DNA of 64,000 nt from Scyliorhinus canicula (Eukaryota): contig NC_052156.1 of NCBI RefSeq assembly GCF_902713615.1, positions 126,604,407 through 126,668,406 on the forward strand, in the 5' to 3' direction. The notes under the pieces are model-generated. The model was not told where the DNA came from. It saw nothing but the letters and a program-made list of their open reading frames with translations, and searched no databases. The stretch's first letter is position 1. Every line of letters starts with the position of its first letter. Below, one piece after another: positions 13,031-26,900 of this stretch. The position numbers were made by a program, and so were the translations under genes.

Positions 13031-14429
13031 TTTTAATTGACTCAGTCTCTATTTTGGTGTACACCTGATGTTTCTTAGTTCAGTTGATATTTTGGCTGGA
13101 ATACAAGGATTCCTGTAGTTGACCTACCCACTGGTGCATTTCTCAGATGAACTTGAAGGTGGGGAGAGGAGAGAGAATCCTTCGTTCTCGTTCAAGATAT
13201 TGCCGTGAGATACTTATTGCTGCTTAGCTGATTACTGGCTTTACTTGCAGTACACTCACTCGGATGGAATTCTCTTGAAAGCCAGTTTGAGTTCTCCAAA
13301 TATCTTTTCCTTTTCTTATCATGTGACCTCACATGAAATGTCAAGTCACTTTCCAAAGTAGGTGCTGTGGTAAACCAATAAGCCATCTAGGTTGCCTTTT
13401 CCCCACCTGTGGTTTTGGTCAGCCAACATGCCTTTGTTGGAAACAGCAAATCAGCAGTGTTACAATGTCTCTGGCAAGGAGCCTTGTTGACCTTTCAGCG
13501 AGTAACATCAGGAGAATGTTCTCTTTGTTCCCTCTAGAGATAAGGTGGTTTCTTAATCCACAAAATATGTCTAGTGACCCCCTGAAGCCATCTTGGTTTT
13601 TAGTCTTTTAAACAGCTTAAAGATTTATAAATATTGTCATGCCAGTACGTGACATGACCAATCAAAAATACATATAAAGCAGAGGTGAACAAAGCGGATG
13701 TGAACAAGCTAATTAGACCTCTGCTTTTCTTTAACTTGGAGGATAAGAGTACAAAGTTTACAAGTCTTAAGCAAGGTTAAATGTGAAACAGATATCTAAA
13801 GGTATCTGATTCAGGTTCAGTTAACATTTTAAAACAGAATTTGATCAAAATCCGGTGGGGTAAGGCAATAAGTATTTCAGATATAGCAACAGCAATTTGC
13901 CTTTGTGCTTTATGTTGTTTTCAAACAATTTCTATGATTTCATTATTCTTACTATTCCTTATAATTTCTTCTGTAACTCCAAGTCAAAGTTGCATCTTCT
14001 TTACATCTATAAAATGCAATATCTTTGCTAGTTTAGAAAACCTTCACACCAACTTGTAAACAAAACTGATGGCAGACAGGATTTCAGCTCAGTATATGAA
14101 GAGATTTGTAAGGGTGTCCTAAATATTGGGAATGTTAGTGCTACATGTATTTTTTTTTGCGCAAAATGTGCTATTCTTTCTTGTTATTGAAGTAAGAGCT
14201 CCATTACATCTGTTCAGTGGGGGCGGATTCTGCATTTTCTGATAAGTGGTAGTTAGGCAGCATGGGCGAGGAATGATCTAATATCTGGGGGTGGAAAGCA
14301 TTGGTTCAACTCCTGCTCAGTGTGGGGTAGGAGAGAGAGGGAGAAAACAATTCTTTGATGTATCAATCACCTTCTTTCAATTCCTTCCTTGGTCTTTTTG
14401 AAAAGTTTTCCCTGCGTCAATTTGCCATC

Positions 14430-14700
14430 ACAGAATAATACACCACAGAAGAGGCCTGTCGGCCCATCAAGTCTGCACTGAGATATGAAAAAACACCAGG
14501 CCTGCCTACCTAATCCCATTTGTCAGCACTTGGCTCATAGCCTTGAATGTTATGACAAGCCAAGTGCTCATGCAGGTACTTTTTAAAGGATGCGAGGAAA
14601 TGCCTCTACCGCCCTCTCAGGCAGTACATTCCAGACCGTCACCACCCTCTGAGTAAAAAAGGTTTCCCTCAAATCCCCTTAAACCTCCTCCCCGTTTCCC
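14430..14700 (-). mobile_element. CR1 3' fragment
   Basis: Minus ORF GNLFYSEGGDGLECTA corresponds to the FFTQRVV..WNALP region in a shifted frame; CR1 tail present. Confidence 0.7.
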
Positions 14701-14764
14701 CCTCATCCCTTGGCCTTCCTCCTTTCCCCCCCCCCCCCCCCCCCCCCCCCACCCTCCTCCTCCC

Positions 14765-16500
14765 AAGGTCTGTGTAACATCACTCCAGGTAATGGGGCTA
14801 TGTCGGTAATGTTGCCATTCCGTAGGATTGGGCTTCGAGTTGACACCCAACGCTCCCTCCTCCCAGTCAGTGCCCATAGATAGGGCCCTGGGGTTCGTCT
14901 CAGGACGGAGGGGCAGCTGGATCGAGCCTCAGCTGCCCCTGCGTCATCTGGCTCTGCCAGTCCTGGCAGCTCTCCAATGTTTGCAGCATTGTGTCAACAC
15001 CCTCAGCGATACTCCTCAGTGACTGAGGCATGCTCTGGAGCACCTCAGCTCTATGCACCCGAGACTGGGACATGCTCCCCAGCGCCACGGTTATAATGCC
15101 CACCTCAGACTGGGACATCTCTGCACCGCCTCATCAAGGTCCACCTGGTACTGGGTGACGTCTCCCAGTGACTGGGATATGCTGTCGAGGCGTTCCGCCA
15201 TGCCATTACCAACTGACCAAGCCGTGGCTCAAGCTGACGACGATGTGCACCAGGATCTCCACTGCGGTCGCCATCCTAACAGTGTTAGCCTAGCTGCCTC
15301 GCATTGCCGGCACCATCGCCTGCACCATAGCCTTTAGGACTCCTCTATGGACCTGCTGGAGTGTCGCTGACATCCTCCTCTCAATGTCACAGCACTATCG
15401 TCTGTACCAGCTCCAGGTAAACCTGGTCCAGAGGCACAGCATCTGACTGGGACCCAGCTGGGTCCTGGGATCCAGTAGACCTCTGATTGCTGTCTCGCCT
15501 GGGATTTCCTGCCTCCACCTGATGTGTATCTGCAACTATGTGGTGCCAGAATATGCCCCAGAAGCCTGTCCACTACTTTTGCCCACCAAGGTGTATGTCT
15601 CAGCGCTTGTGGAGGGTGGGGAATGATAGCCTTGCCGCAACGTTTATGGTGGCATCCTTAGAGGCGTCAGGGGGGAGGGGGGAAAAAAAAAAGAGAGAAA
15701 AAGAAAGAGAGGCAGCACGGTAGCATTGTGGATAACACAATCGCTTCACAGCTCCAGGGTCCCAGGTTCGATTCCAGCTTGGGTCACTGTCTGTGCGGAG
15801 TCTGCACATCCTCCCCGTGTGTGCGTGGGTTTCCTCCGGGTGCTCCGGTTTCCTCCCAGAGTCCAAAGATGTGCAGGTTAGGTGGATTGGCCATGATAAA
15901 TTGCCCTTAGTGTCCAAAATTGCCCTTAGTGTTGGGTGGGGTTACTGGGTTATGGGGATAGGGTGGAAGTGTTAACCTTGGGTAGGGTGCTCTTTCCAGG
16001 AGCCGGTGCAGACTCGATGGGCCGAATGGCCTCCTTCTGCACTGTAAATTCTATAAAATTCTATTAAAAAATTCTATAAAAAGAAAAAGAGAGAGAAAAA
16101 GAAAAAGAGAGAGAGAAAAAAGAGAAAGAGAGAGAGAGAGAGAGAGGAGGGTTCCGGCCCTGTGGCTGATCCGCCATGACCCTCGGGGAACAAGGCATCC
16201 CATCTGCCCAGGTCGGTATTGCCAAATCATGGGGCTGGTCAACTCGGCGGCTGAGCTGAGTGGTGTTGGATGTGCAGGATCAGCTTAAGTACTGCTCTCC
16301 CTTGTTGGCAGGGAACTGGCGAGGGCGGTCCCGGTGGATCAGCTGGCGGAACCATGAGTTGTGGCGAGAAGTCAGTGGGGCCTCATTAAGTGGACCAATT
16401 AACGTTTTATAGTGGTGCCAGCCTTGCTGGGCCAAGCATCAGAAAGCTCGCAGCAGTTCCCGCTCACTACCAAACTGAGAAACATTTTGGTTTATGTTCA
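14765..16500 (-). mobile_element. GC-rich DNA-transposon remnant, possibly a Harbinger accessory (Myb/SANT-type) gene fragment
   Basis: GC-rich island with a coiled-coil-like minus ORF (EVLQSMPQSLRSIAEGVDTMLQTL). No diagnostic catalytic motif is visible. Confidence 0.35.
15711..16080 (+). mobile_element. V-SINE (long type) inserted in a GA-rich microsatellite
   Basis: Same head, core and tail. (aaattctat)n end. Purine tracts on both sides. Confidence 0.9.
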
Positions 16501-16913
16501 CCGTAACCATATAGATGCAGTAACTTTAGAAATCAGTAATTATCTCAGTGGTTTGAATTAATAAAATGTTATTCATTAAATCATAAGTGAACTTGTACAC
16601 TAAAAATATATAGTATGTCAGCTTAGATGTTTTGTACAGTTGAGTAAAATGGTGAGAACGCACAATTTACAACATTATTTCAATCCATGTGTCATAAATG
16701 CTTCTTCAAAAGAAAATTTCCGTAAAGTTAAAACAGCCTGTGGCAAGCAGCATATTCAGATCTCAGTGGGCAAGATTCAAATCATATCCAAGTCTAGAAA
16801 GGAGCAGACAATATTGATGTCGAGGAGTTGTATGTAATACAGGAACAACCTGTCACGGTAAAGTAACTCCAATTCCCAGCAACAAACAGGCTGGGCCCAA
16901 TTTCCACTTTTTT

Positions 16914-17136
16914 AAAACATAAATTTAGAGTACCCAATTATTTTTTTTTCCAATTAAGGGGCAATTTAGTGTGGCCAATCCACCCACCCTGCACATCTTT
17001 GGGTTGTGGGGGTGAAACCCACGCAGACACGAGGAGAATGTGCAAACTCCACACGGACAGTGACCTAGGGCCGAGATTGAACCCGGGTCCTCAGCGCCGT
17101 AGGTAGCAGTGTTAACCACTCTGCCGCGTGCCGCCC
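16914..17136 (-). mobile_element. Short V-SINE variant
   Basis: cccacaacccaaagatgtg core. Degenerate ~12-bp TSD ttccactttttt / ttcgacttattt. Confidence 0.85.
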
Positions 17137-18437
17137 TTCGACTTATTTTTTAACCAATTTTGTGTTTTTATTTTAATTTGTTTTAAATTTTTGTTTCCCT
17201 TTTTAATAATATTTTTTTAATGACTGGATGGACACGTTTTACTTAAACATTAGTACGAACTACACCTGGCCTTGTTCACATTGTGGATATGGGTGATGCA
17301 CAGATTACACCACATACTAACTAAACCATGTATATTTTATCATGATGAGTGACAAAGAACTGGAGGCCACATAAGAAAACTTTTTGTTTTCCTTTTATGT
17401 ATTAAGTTAGGGTGATCTGGAGTGCACTGTATTGCAGATTTAATGATAACTTTCAAAATAAATATTTGAAGGGGAAGATTTCTGCTGGGCCAAGAGGAAA
17501 CAACAGAGGAGTGGAACTAATTGGATAGCTGTTTGAGGGAGTGCCCTGGCACAATGAGCAAAATGCCTTCTGTCCTATATCACTCTATGGTTTAAGTCAT
17601 GAAACAGTTATGGGTCATGGGAACACTTTTCCCTCATCTAGATACTCAGAGGGAAATACAACAATCGGATAAGATTTGATAATGATCGAAAGAGAAAAAT
17701 AGCCCAAATGTTTTCTTACTTAATGTTGCCAAAAAAGACAACATCCACTTTTGGTTCCTGTCTCCATTTAAAATTGAATTAATTTCTTCACTCCGCTATT
17801 GACAGCCACTTATTTAGCCATTATAGTCCCATCTTCCTCATTCTACCCTTTCTGTGAGGGCCACAAAGAGTCCAGCACGAGTTTGTCGAGTCAAACAAAA
17901 AGTAATTTTTATTTACAACAATATTTACACAGCACTGGCAGTTCATTACTTATTCTCTCTAGCCGGTACCACACTAGCCAGCTATTTATACAACTGAAAG
18001 GTTAATGATCTCTCTTTGGGGAGATCCTATTCCTCAAGAGGCAGCATTGGGTAACCAAATGTCCCCAAACAATAGGAGTCAAAGTCGAGAACCTCCATCA
18101 TCACGGTGTCCCTATTTTCATGGGGCTCTGTAGAGACCCGAGCAGTCTGTAAGCGTGGTGTCAAAGGCTGATCTGGAGGATTTGCATGCACTGGATCTGG
18201 ATCCGATAACTGCTGCGGCTGGAGAAGCGATTTCCAGGGATGAGGAATCTGCTGAAGAAACCATCTCCTGGGCCTAATGTGGTCTAGATTCCCATGTTGA
18301 ACATGACCCTGGACTTGCACCTGGTAAGAGATCAGCCCCAGTTGTTGAAGGATAACGTCGGAGACCCACTGAGCACTGCCAGTAAAATTGCAAACAATCA
18401 CCACGTCTCCGGGTACAAACTGCCGGACAGACTGATG

Positions 18438-18625
18438 TTGAAATGAAATAAAAATAAAAATCACTTATTGCCACAAGTAGGCTTCAATGAAGTTACTGTG
18501 AAAAGCCCCTAGTCACCACATTCCGGCGCCTGTTCGGGGAGGTTGGTACAGGAATTGAACCCATGCTGCTGGCCTGCCTTGGTCTGCTTTAAAAGCCAGC
18601 TATTTAGCCCAGTGCTAAACCAGCC
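18438..18625 (-). mobile_element. Same ~190-bp tRNA-derived SINE, inserted in the Gypsy element
   Basis: Reverse complement of 9925-10113. Confidence 0.85.
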
Positions 18626-18755
18626 GGGCAATGTCGCTGATTACAGCGTACTTTCGTACCAATGTCTGGAAAAATCATGCTGAGATGGGTACGAAGTCAG
18701 CGGCCCAATAGTGCTGTGGGAGTTACCCCAGTCAGTGCATGCGGAGTGGTTCTAT

Positions 18756-18856
18756 GCTGTTTACCAGGCATGCTGTATCTGTCAGCAATCGCCTGTTTAC
18801 CAGTCATGCTGTATCTGCCAGCAATCGCCTGTTTACCAGTCATGCTATATCTGTGC
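18756..18856. repeat. 36-bp tandem repeat (~2.7 copies) inside the Gypsy integrase remnant
   Basis: gcctgtttaccagtcatgctgtatctgccagcaatc repeated; it appears as 12-aa repeats in the ORF track. Confidence 0.9.
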
Positions 18857-19788
18857 AGCAACCGCATGGGGTATGGGGCAGTGCAAATATGCTGTATCCC
18901 ATTCATCTTCATAACCACCGAACTCTTCACTCGTGAAAGGAGTGCCATTGTCAGTGACAAGCACGTGGGGGAGACCGCATGCGCAAAAAGATAACTGCAT
19001 CTTCTCTATAGTCACGGTCTTATGTCCCTCGAGCCATCAATCAGTAAGAGGAACATGGATCCCTGAAAAGGACAGAAAAAATTGGTATATATCTTTCCCC
19101 AAGGCCAAGCTGGCCATTCCCAGTGATGCAAGGGCATGGCTGGTGGAAGCTCCTGATGCTCCTGGTAAACAGAGCAGTGCTGGGCTATCTTCGCAATGGC
19201 AGCGTCGAGGCCCAGCCACTGGACATAACACCGCGTCAACATCTTCACTTTGCTCACGCCCGGATGAGCGGTGTAGAGGTCCTTTAGGATCAGTTCCTAC
19301 CTTTTATCTGGGACGATCCCCCCCATAGCAGGTTACCGTCTTTGACACTGAATTCTGACAGCCTGAAGGAAAATGCCCGCAACTTGTCTTGGAGCTGACT
19401 ATGCTGCCCACCGTATAAGATCATGTGTTGAACCTCGGAAAGGATCGGGTCTGTCTGGGTCCACTCATGGTCATGCCATGACAGGTAACGAGTTCATAAA
19501 AGTCAGAGTCGCCACCAACTCGACTGTCGTGTGGGTCATCGAGGGCCAGTCGACAAAGGCAACTGACTCAGTGCATCAGCATTCGTAAACTGCATCCCAG
19601 CTTATGCTCCAGAGAATACTTGTATACAGCGAGCAGCAAAGTCCAGCACTGGATCCGGACGGAAGCAATGGCCGAAATTGGCTCATCCTTCTTGGTATCT
19701 TCCCAGTACCTCAGTCAAGCCACCAGAACCCATTTGGAGAATGTGCTCCCATTGCAGCTGCAAATGGTGCAACCAGTCCCGACCCAAC

Positions 19789-20118
19789 TAGAACATAGAA
19801 CATACAGTGCAGAAGGAGGCCATTCGGCCCATCGAGTCTGCACCGACCCATTTAAGCCCTCACTTCCACCCTATCCCTGTAACCCAATAACTCCTCCTAA
19901 CCTTTTTTGGACACTAAGGGCAATTTAGCATGGCCATTCCACCTAACCTGTACGTCTTTGGACTGTGGGAGGAAACCGGAGCACCCGGAGGAAAGCCACG
20001 CAGACACAGGGAGAACGTGCAGATTCCACACAGACAGACAGTGACCCAGCAGGGAATCGAACCTGGGACCCTGGCGCTGTGAAGCCACAGTGCTATCCAG
20101 TAATGCTACCGTGCTGCC
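19789..20118 (-). mobile_element. V-SINE (long type) inserted in the Gypsy element
   Basis: Reverse complement of head, core and CR1 tail; (ttctatg)n end. Confidence 0.9.
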
Positions 20119-21310
20119 CAAACTGGCTGGGTCCTTCGCCTTGCACCACAATGAGCAAGAGGTGCCCCGGCGGGCATTCGTAAATGACAGGGGTCATCAT
20201 AGTCCCAGCAATGTCTAACAGTTCCCCTCTATAGGTGGCCAACCTGGCTTGTATATCAGTCAAACCAAGGATCAGCACCCACAGGTCCTACGTTTACCTG
20301 GCTCTTCATCCATGGGTTCTGGAGAAGGCTCTCTTCGAGATGGAACTTCCAACCATCACCAGCGTGACCCCTTACAGCACCCTATCCAAGACACGATGCG
20401 CGTACGGGGAGGTGCTTCCAGACGGGAAGAGGTGCGCCCCAGGGCATTCACCTCCATTCCTTGGAACTCCTGCACTCCCTGTTCTGCGCTTTCTCAGGAC
20501 AACACTATCTGAATGGCCTGTTGAAAAGTTAACGCCAGCTCGGCTGACAGTTTCCTCTGGATGGCTGTATTGTTGATGCCACAAACCAACCGGTCTTGTA
20601 ACAGTGCAATATTCATAGTACTCCGCAATCCTGCATGGCCTGGATAAGTACTCGGCAATGGATTCCTTCGGGGTCACCTCTGCAGTGTTAAACCGGTAAC
20701 GTAGGACTATCACGGAAGGTGTTGGGTTAAAATGTCGTCCCACCAAAATTGCAAGTTCATCAAACATTTTCGTGTCAGGTGAGGCAGGGTATGCAAGGCT
20801 TTTTATCACCCCAATCGTTTGCGTGCCAAAGATGATTAGTAAAATGACCACATTGGTTGTTTATGGTGAGGTTATTCACCCGGAAGAAGTAACGCAATCT
20901 TTGTGCATACTGGTTCTAATCCTCCAGCGCAGCATCAAATATATCCAAAAAGATGCATGGTGCAACAGAAGAAGTAGAAAAACTTCCAATGTGTATCCAA
21001 GAAAAGATCAGGGAAGTGGCTTCAGCAGTGTGGACAGCTATCCAATTTTAACCCTGGTTGTGAGTTTTGTGAGGGCCACAAAGAGTCCAGCACTGGTTTG
21101 TTGAGTCAAACGTAAAGTAACTTTTATTTACAACAATATCTACACAGCGGCAGTAGTTTACTGCTGGTACCCTCTCTCTAGCCGGTACCACACTGTCCAG
21201 CTCTATTTATACAACTGAAAGGTTAATGACTGCTTCCCCTCCACCCTTCTCCACATCAACTCCCTAAATAACATTCAACTATTGGCTTTTAATTTCCCAA
21301 TCTAATCTTT

Positions 21311-23122
21311 TTTTTTTAAAATAAACATTTTAATGAGGTATTTTTGGTATAGTGACAACAAAATAAACACTATACATGAAACCATAAACATAGTGTAAAA
21401 GCCATTTACCTCGCATACAGGTCCCGCCCTTATTGACCCCCTGCTCTAATCTAAACTACTCCTCCCCCCCCCCCCGCCATCTGCTGACGATTAATTTCCT
21501 GCAAAGAAGTCGACGAACGGTTGCCACCTCCGGGTGAACCCTAACAGTGACCATCTCAAGGCAAACTTGATTTTCTCCAAACAGAGAAAGCTAGCCATGT
21601 CCGATAGCCAGGTCTCCAACTTCTGGGGCCTTGAGTCCCTCCAAGCTAATAGTATCCCTTTCCGGGCTACCAGGGAAGCAAAGGCCAGGACGTCTGCCTC
21701 TTTCTCCTCCTGGACTCCCGGGTCTTCCAACACCCTGAAAATCGGCACCTCTGGACTCAGCGGCACCCTTGGACATGACGTCCGCAAACCCCTGCCAAAA
21801 ACCCCTAAACTTTGGGCATGTCCAAACCATGTGGACATGGTTCGCTGGGCCTCCCGCACATTTTGCACACCTGTCCTCCACCCCAAAGCAGCCGGGCCAC
21901 TGTCATGTGAGCCTGTTGAACAACCTTAAATTGTATCAGGCTGAGCCTGGCACATGTTGACTCTACTCAACGCGATTGCCCAGAGACCATCCTCTATCTC
22001 ACCTCCCAGCTCCTCCTCCCACTTGCGTTTAAGTTCCTCAGTCTGCGTCTCCTTCGACCCCATAAGCTCCTTATAAATGTCCGAGACACTCCCATCTCCT
22101 ACCCACCCTCTGGAAACTACCCTGCCCTGAGCGGTAGGAGCGGGAAGGTTGACACCTGTTTACGAAGTAAGTCCCGCACCTGCAAATACCTAAATTTGTT
22201 TCCCCTCGCCAACCCAAACTTTTCCTCCAGCGCCCTCATACTCGGAAAGCTCCCCTCTATGAACATATCCCCCATCCTCCCAATCCCCGCTTTCCGCCAT
22301 AACCGGAACCCCCGTCCATACCGGGGCAAACCGGTGATTATCACAGATTGGGGCCCGGACCGATGTTCCCACTGATCCCACATGCCGCCTCCACTGGCCC
22401 CAAACTCTCAGGGCCGTCACCACCACTGGACTGATGGAGTACCGTGCCAGTGGGAACAGCAAAGGCGCAGTTACCAAGGCCCCCAAATTGGTGCCCTTAC
22501 ATGAAGCCAGCTCCATACGCACCCATGCCGACCCCTCTCCCACCACCCACTTCCTGATCATGGCTATATTAGCTGCACAGTAATAGTTGCTCAAATTTGA
22601 CAGCGCCAGCCCGCACTCTCCCGACTCCGCTCAAGCATTACCTTCCTTACTCACGGGGTCTTGCCAACCCAGACGAAGCCTGTGATCACTCTGATGACCC
22701 GCTTAAAAAATGCCCGTGGAATAAAGATGGGGAGACACTGAAATACAAATAGGAATCTAAGGAGGACCCTCATCTTCACTGTTTGCACCCTCCCAGCCAG
22801 AGACAACGGAAGCGCGTCCCATCTCCAAAAATCTTCCTTCATTTGGTCCACCAGCCGGGCCATATTCAATTTATGCAGCCGGTCCCATTCCCGCGCCACT
22901 TGGATGACTAGGTACCTAAAGCTTCCCTTTACTAACCTAAACGGCAGCTCTCCCAGTCGCCTCTCCTGTCACCTCGCCTAGACCATAAACATCTCACTCT
23001 TTCCCATATTAAGCCTCTACCCCAAAAACCGGCCAAATTCCCCTAGAGTCCTCCTGACTTCTTCCATCCCCTCTATTGGGTCCGAAACGTACAGAAGCAG
23101 GTCATCCGCATATAGTGAAACC

Positions 23123-23158
<36 letters not shown>

Positions 23159-23882
23159 CCGACCAATCCTCTCCAGCCCCTCAAGGCTCTCAGAGCAATT
23201 GCCAACGGCTCAATAGCCAGCGCAAACAACAATGGGGAGAGGGGGCATCCCTGTCTTGTCCCCCGGTGCAGTATAAAATAGTCCGATGTTGTCCTATTCG
23301 TCCGCATACTTGCCACAGGAGCCTGATACATTAACCTGACCCAGTCAATGAAGCCCCACCCGAATCTGAACCGTCCCAGTATCTCCCACAGATATTCCCA
23401 TTCTACCCGATCAAAAGCCTTTTCTGCATCCATTGCGAACACTACCTCCACCTCCCTACCTTCCGGGGGCAACATGATCACATTTAACAGCCTTCTTACA
23501 TTGGCCACCAACTGCCTGCCCTTAACAAACCCCGTCTGGTCCTCCCCAATAATGTCCGGAACACACAATCCTTGATCCTGGAGGACAAGATTTTGGCCAG
23601 CAACTTGGCATCTACATTCAACAGGGAAATGGGCACTCAGCTCCGGGTTCTTGACCCGCTTAAGAATCAGCGAAATCGTTGCCTGTGACATCATCGGGGG
23701 CAACACCCTTGCCTCTTTCCCTTGCCTCATTGAACATCCTCGACAACACCGGCCCCAATATCCCAGAGAACTTTTTATAAAACTCCACTGGGTACCCATC
23801 CGGACCTGGGGCCTTACCCACCTGCATGGCGTTCAAGCCCTCCACTATCTCCTCCAGCCCGATTGGGGCCCCAGCCCTTCTA
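21311..23882 (-). mobile_element. 5'-truncated L1-clade LINE (RT to 3' end)
   Basis: Motifs [26 protein letters not shown] and YADD. A-tail. 17-bp TSD ttcccaa(t/c)ctaatcttt at 21294-21310 / 23883-23899. Confidence 0.93.
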
Positions 23883-23974
23883 TTCCCAACCTAATCTTTA
23901 TTTTCAAATATTCACTTCCTTCTTAGTATTCACTGTTTCACAATCTTCAGTGACAATGCTTCAAAGTATGTCGA

Positions 23975-24225
23975 TAGAGATATCTGCAATACAGAAAGAA
24001 GCTATTCAGTCCATCGTGTTTATGTCAGCTATCTGCGGAGCAATCCAGTTAGTCCCTCTCCCCTATTCTTCCAAAAGCCCATTCAATTTCCTTTAGAAAT
24101 CTCTGCTTTGTCCAGTGTTATGGGCAGCAAGTTCCGGTGATTCCGTACAAGATTTTCTTCCTCCCTTGCATTTCTTGCCCAAAACCTTAAACCTGCATTC
24201 CCTGGTCCTTATATCATCTGCTAAA
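23975..24225 (-). mobile_element. CR1 3' fragment
   Basis: TR..FKV region and CR1-type tail. Confidence 0.6.
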
Positions 24226-24917
24226 CAGAAGGAGTACTGTAGAATGAGAAATTTGTGTCTGTTGATAGTAAAAGTGCAACACAATTGTGCTATTAACTAA
24301 GAATCCATTATTTCAAATGTCCAGTTGTTATATTAAATTATTTCAAGATGATACAAATGAAAAAATGATTAAAATTAAGAATTGAAACTGATAAGTGAAT
24401 TTTTATATTTTAGTGTTGGAAAGTATATGTAAAGGTATATGATAAATATTGTATTGCAGTCATGTGAAACATTAATAGTCACTAATATATTTTGAATAAT
24501 TGAAATTAGGAGGTGATTATAGTTACTTCACTATAGTTAAATGTGTTTTTAATATATTAATGTATGAGACTGGGACATAAGGCTTCACCCTATAAACTCA
24601 CAGCTATGTCAATGACTATGGTGGAGGATAGATCATTCTTTAAAAAATGCGGGATCAGAGGTTGGGATTTTTTTTAAGTTTATTGAAAAACATTTTCAGA
24701 TGCATTAAGATAGCTTTTGTAAAGAGCTCTGGCCTGTTGGGAGATTAAATAAACTACAAATAAGGTTAATAAACCAGTTGTCAATCTATATTGATTGATG
24801 CTCTCACAATAAATAGTAATTATGACTTTCATATGTAATTTTTTGACTTTTAAGATTTTTTCTCCATTTAATTTACATTTTTCTTTCACAGCATATGGGC
24901 ATCATTCACTCAGCAAA

Positions 24918-26900
24918 CATTTATTACCAATCACCAATTGCCCTCGAGAAGGTGGTGGTGAGCCACCTCCGTGAACCGCTGAAGTCTATTAGGTCTACCC
25001 ACAGTGTTGTTGGGAAGGAAACATCCAGGATTTGACCCAGCAATAGAGAAGGAACGGTGATATAGTTCCAAGTCAGGATGATGTGTGGCCTGGAGGGCAA
25101 CTTGCAGGTGGCAACATTCACATGCATCTACTGCCCTCGTCCTTCTAGGTGGTTTGGAAGGTGCTATTAAAGAAGCCTTTGGTGAGATTCTGCAAGATGC
25201 ACTGGAACTTGTACATACTCCTGCCACTGAACATTGGTGGTGGAGGGACTAAATGTTTAAGTAGGTGGATGGGGTGCCAATTAAGCGGGCTGACTTCTCC
25301 TGGATGGTGTCAAGATTCTCGGGTGTTCTTGGAGCGCAGTCATCTAGACGAGCAGTATCCCATCAAATGCCTGACCTGTGCTTCTAAAAAATGGTGGATA
25401 GGCTTTGGGGAGTGATGGAGTGAGATACTCACTGCATAACTTCCAGCCTCTGACCTGCTCTTGCAGCCATAATATTTATATGACTGGTACAGTTGACTTC
25501 TTGTCAGTGATTCCACCTCACCCCAGGATATTGATAAAGGGGTATTCGATGGTCATTGCCTGGTACTTGCGAATGTTACTTGACACTTATCAGCCCAAGC
25601 CCGAATGCTCTCCAGATATAAACATAGACCGCTTCAATACCTGAGGAGCCATTAATGGTGACGAACATTATGGAATCATCAGCAAACATCCCCAATTCTG
25701 AGTTTATGATGAAGGGAAGGTCATTGATGAAGCAGCTCAGGGTGGTTGGGCCCGGGACACTACCCTGAGGAACTCCTGCAGCAATGTCCTGGGACTGAGG
25801 TGACTGACCATCTCAAAGTCCTGGGGCTCCCTTTCTAATAGTACTGTGGTTGTACCTACACCACATGGACTGCAGCAGTTCAAGAAGGCAATTATGGGTG
25901 AGTAATAAATGTTGGCCTATCCAGGAAGGCCCATATCCCATTGAAAAATATAAAATCCTTCAACGACCACCATCATCTTCCAATGCGCAAAGTATGACTC
26001 CAACCAGTGGATAGTTCCATCCGATTCCCAGTGACCTATTTTAGTTAGAGTTCCTTGATGCTGCACTCAATCAATCACTGCCTTGATGTCAAGGGTAGTC
26101 ACTCGGTTCACAAATACAGCTATCTATCCATGCTTGGACCAAGGTTAAGTGGCCATAAAGGAGCAGGAACCGAGCAGCGAATAGGTTATTGTTGAGTAGG
26201 TGTCGCTTGATAGCATTGTTGTGGATCCCTCCCATCACATTGCTAATATTCAAGAGTAGGCTGATAGGGCATTCATAGAATAGAATTCCTACAGTGCAGA
26301 AAGAGGTCATTCGGCCCATCAAGTCTGCACCAATCCTCTGAAAGAGCACCCACCTCAGCCCACTCCCAAGGGGCAATTTAGCATGGCCTAACCTGCACAT
26401 TTTTGGACTGTGGGAAGAAACCAGAGCACCGGGAGGAAACTCCACACAAACAGTCACCCAAGGTCAGAACTGAATCCGGGATCCCGGTGCTGTGAGGCAG
26501 TAGTGCTAACCACTCTGTTGCTCAAATTAATTAGCTGGGCTGAATTTATCCTGCTTTCCATGGAAGGCATATCTGGACAATTTTCCACATTACCTGTTAG
26601 ATGTTGCAATTGTACTGAAGAGCTTGGCTAGGGGTATGGCTAGTTCTGGAATGCAAGTCTTCAGTACCATCACCAGAATGTTATCAGGGCCCATAGCCGT
26701 TGCAATATCCGGTGCCTTCAGCCATTTCTTGATACACAGTGAACTGAATCAAATTGGCTCAAGAGTGACACCTGTTATGCTGGAGACCTCAGAAGGAGGC
26801 AGAGATGAATCATTCACTCAGCATTTCTGGCTGAAGATCTTTGTGCTGGGCTGTTTCTGGTGCCCAGGTCGATGTCAGTGGTCTATCCGTTTTCATTCCT
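24918..26900 (-). mobile_element. Old CR1/L2-group LINE remnants of the same family, with an inverted tail piece at ~25810-25950 and a V-SINE inserted
   Basis: Reverse complement of the 32660-33280 motifs; RT remnant (cctcagggtagtgtcc, PQGSV-like). Confidence 0.55.
26272..26522 (-). mobile_element. V-SINE (long type, internally deleted)
   Basis: Head, partial core and CR1 tail. Confidence 0.8.

Larger units (their letters stand above)
17853..21235 (-). mobile_element. Decayed, internally deleted Gypsy-type LTR retrotransposon
   Basis: Two direct repeats of ~160 bp starting tgtgagggccacaaagagtccagc (17853 and 21068). Gag-like ORF 20372..20851 (HFNPTPSVIVLRYRF). Protease-region ORF 20093..20278. 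Integrase remnant (LARCYV..W..D..I..C..YQ, HHWEWPAWPW). Confidence 0.85.

Noticed and set aside
13130-13611. Higher-complexity unique segment with short ORFs; possible COG5 exon 7 or retrocopy
   Set aside because: The frames examined match neither COG5 (DYLSQGIDLSGIEVIE expected) nor any protein I recognise. It could still be a conserved non-coding element.
14725-14750. Long poly-C runs (also 23127-23156 and 38606-38624) giving poly-Gly/Pro ORFs
   Set aside because: Homopolymer expansions within TE sequence; lengths are unreliable and they are not coding.
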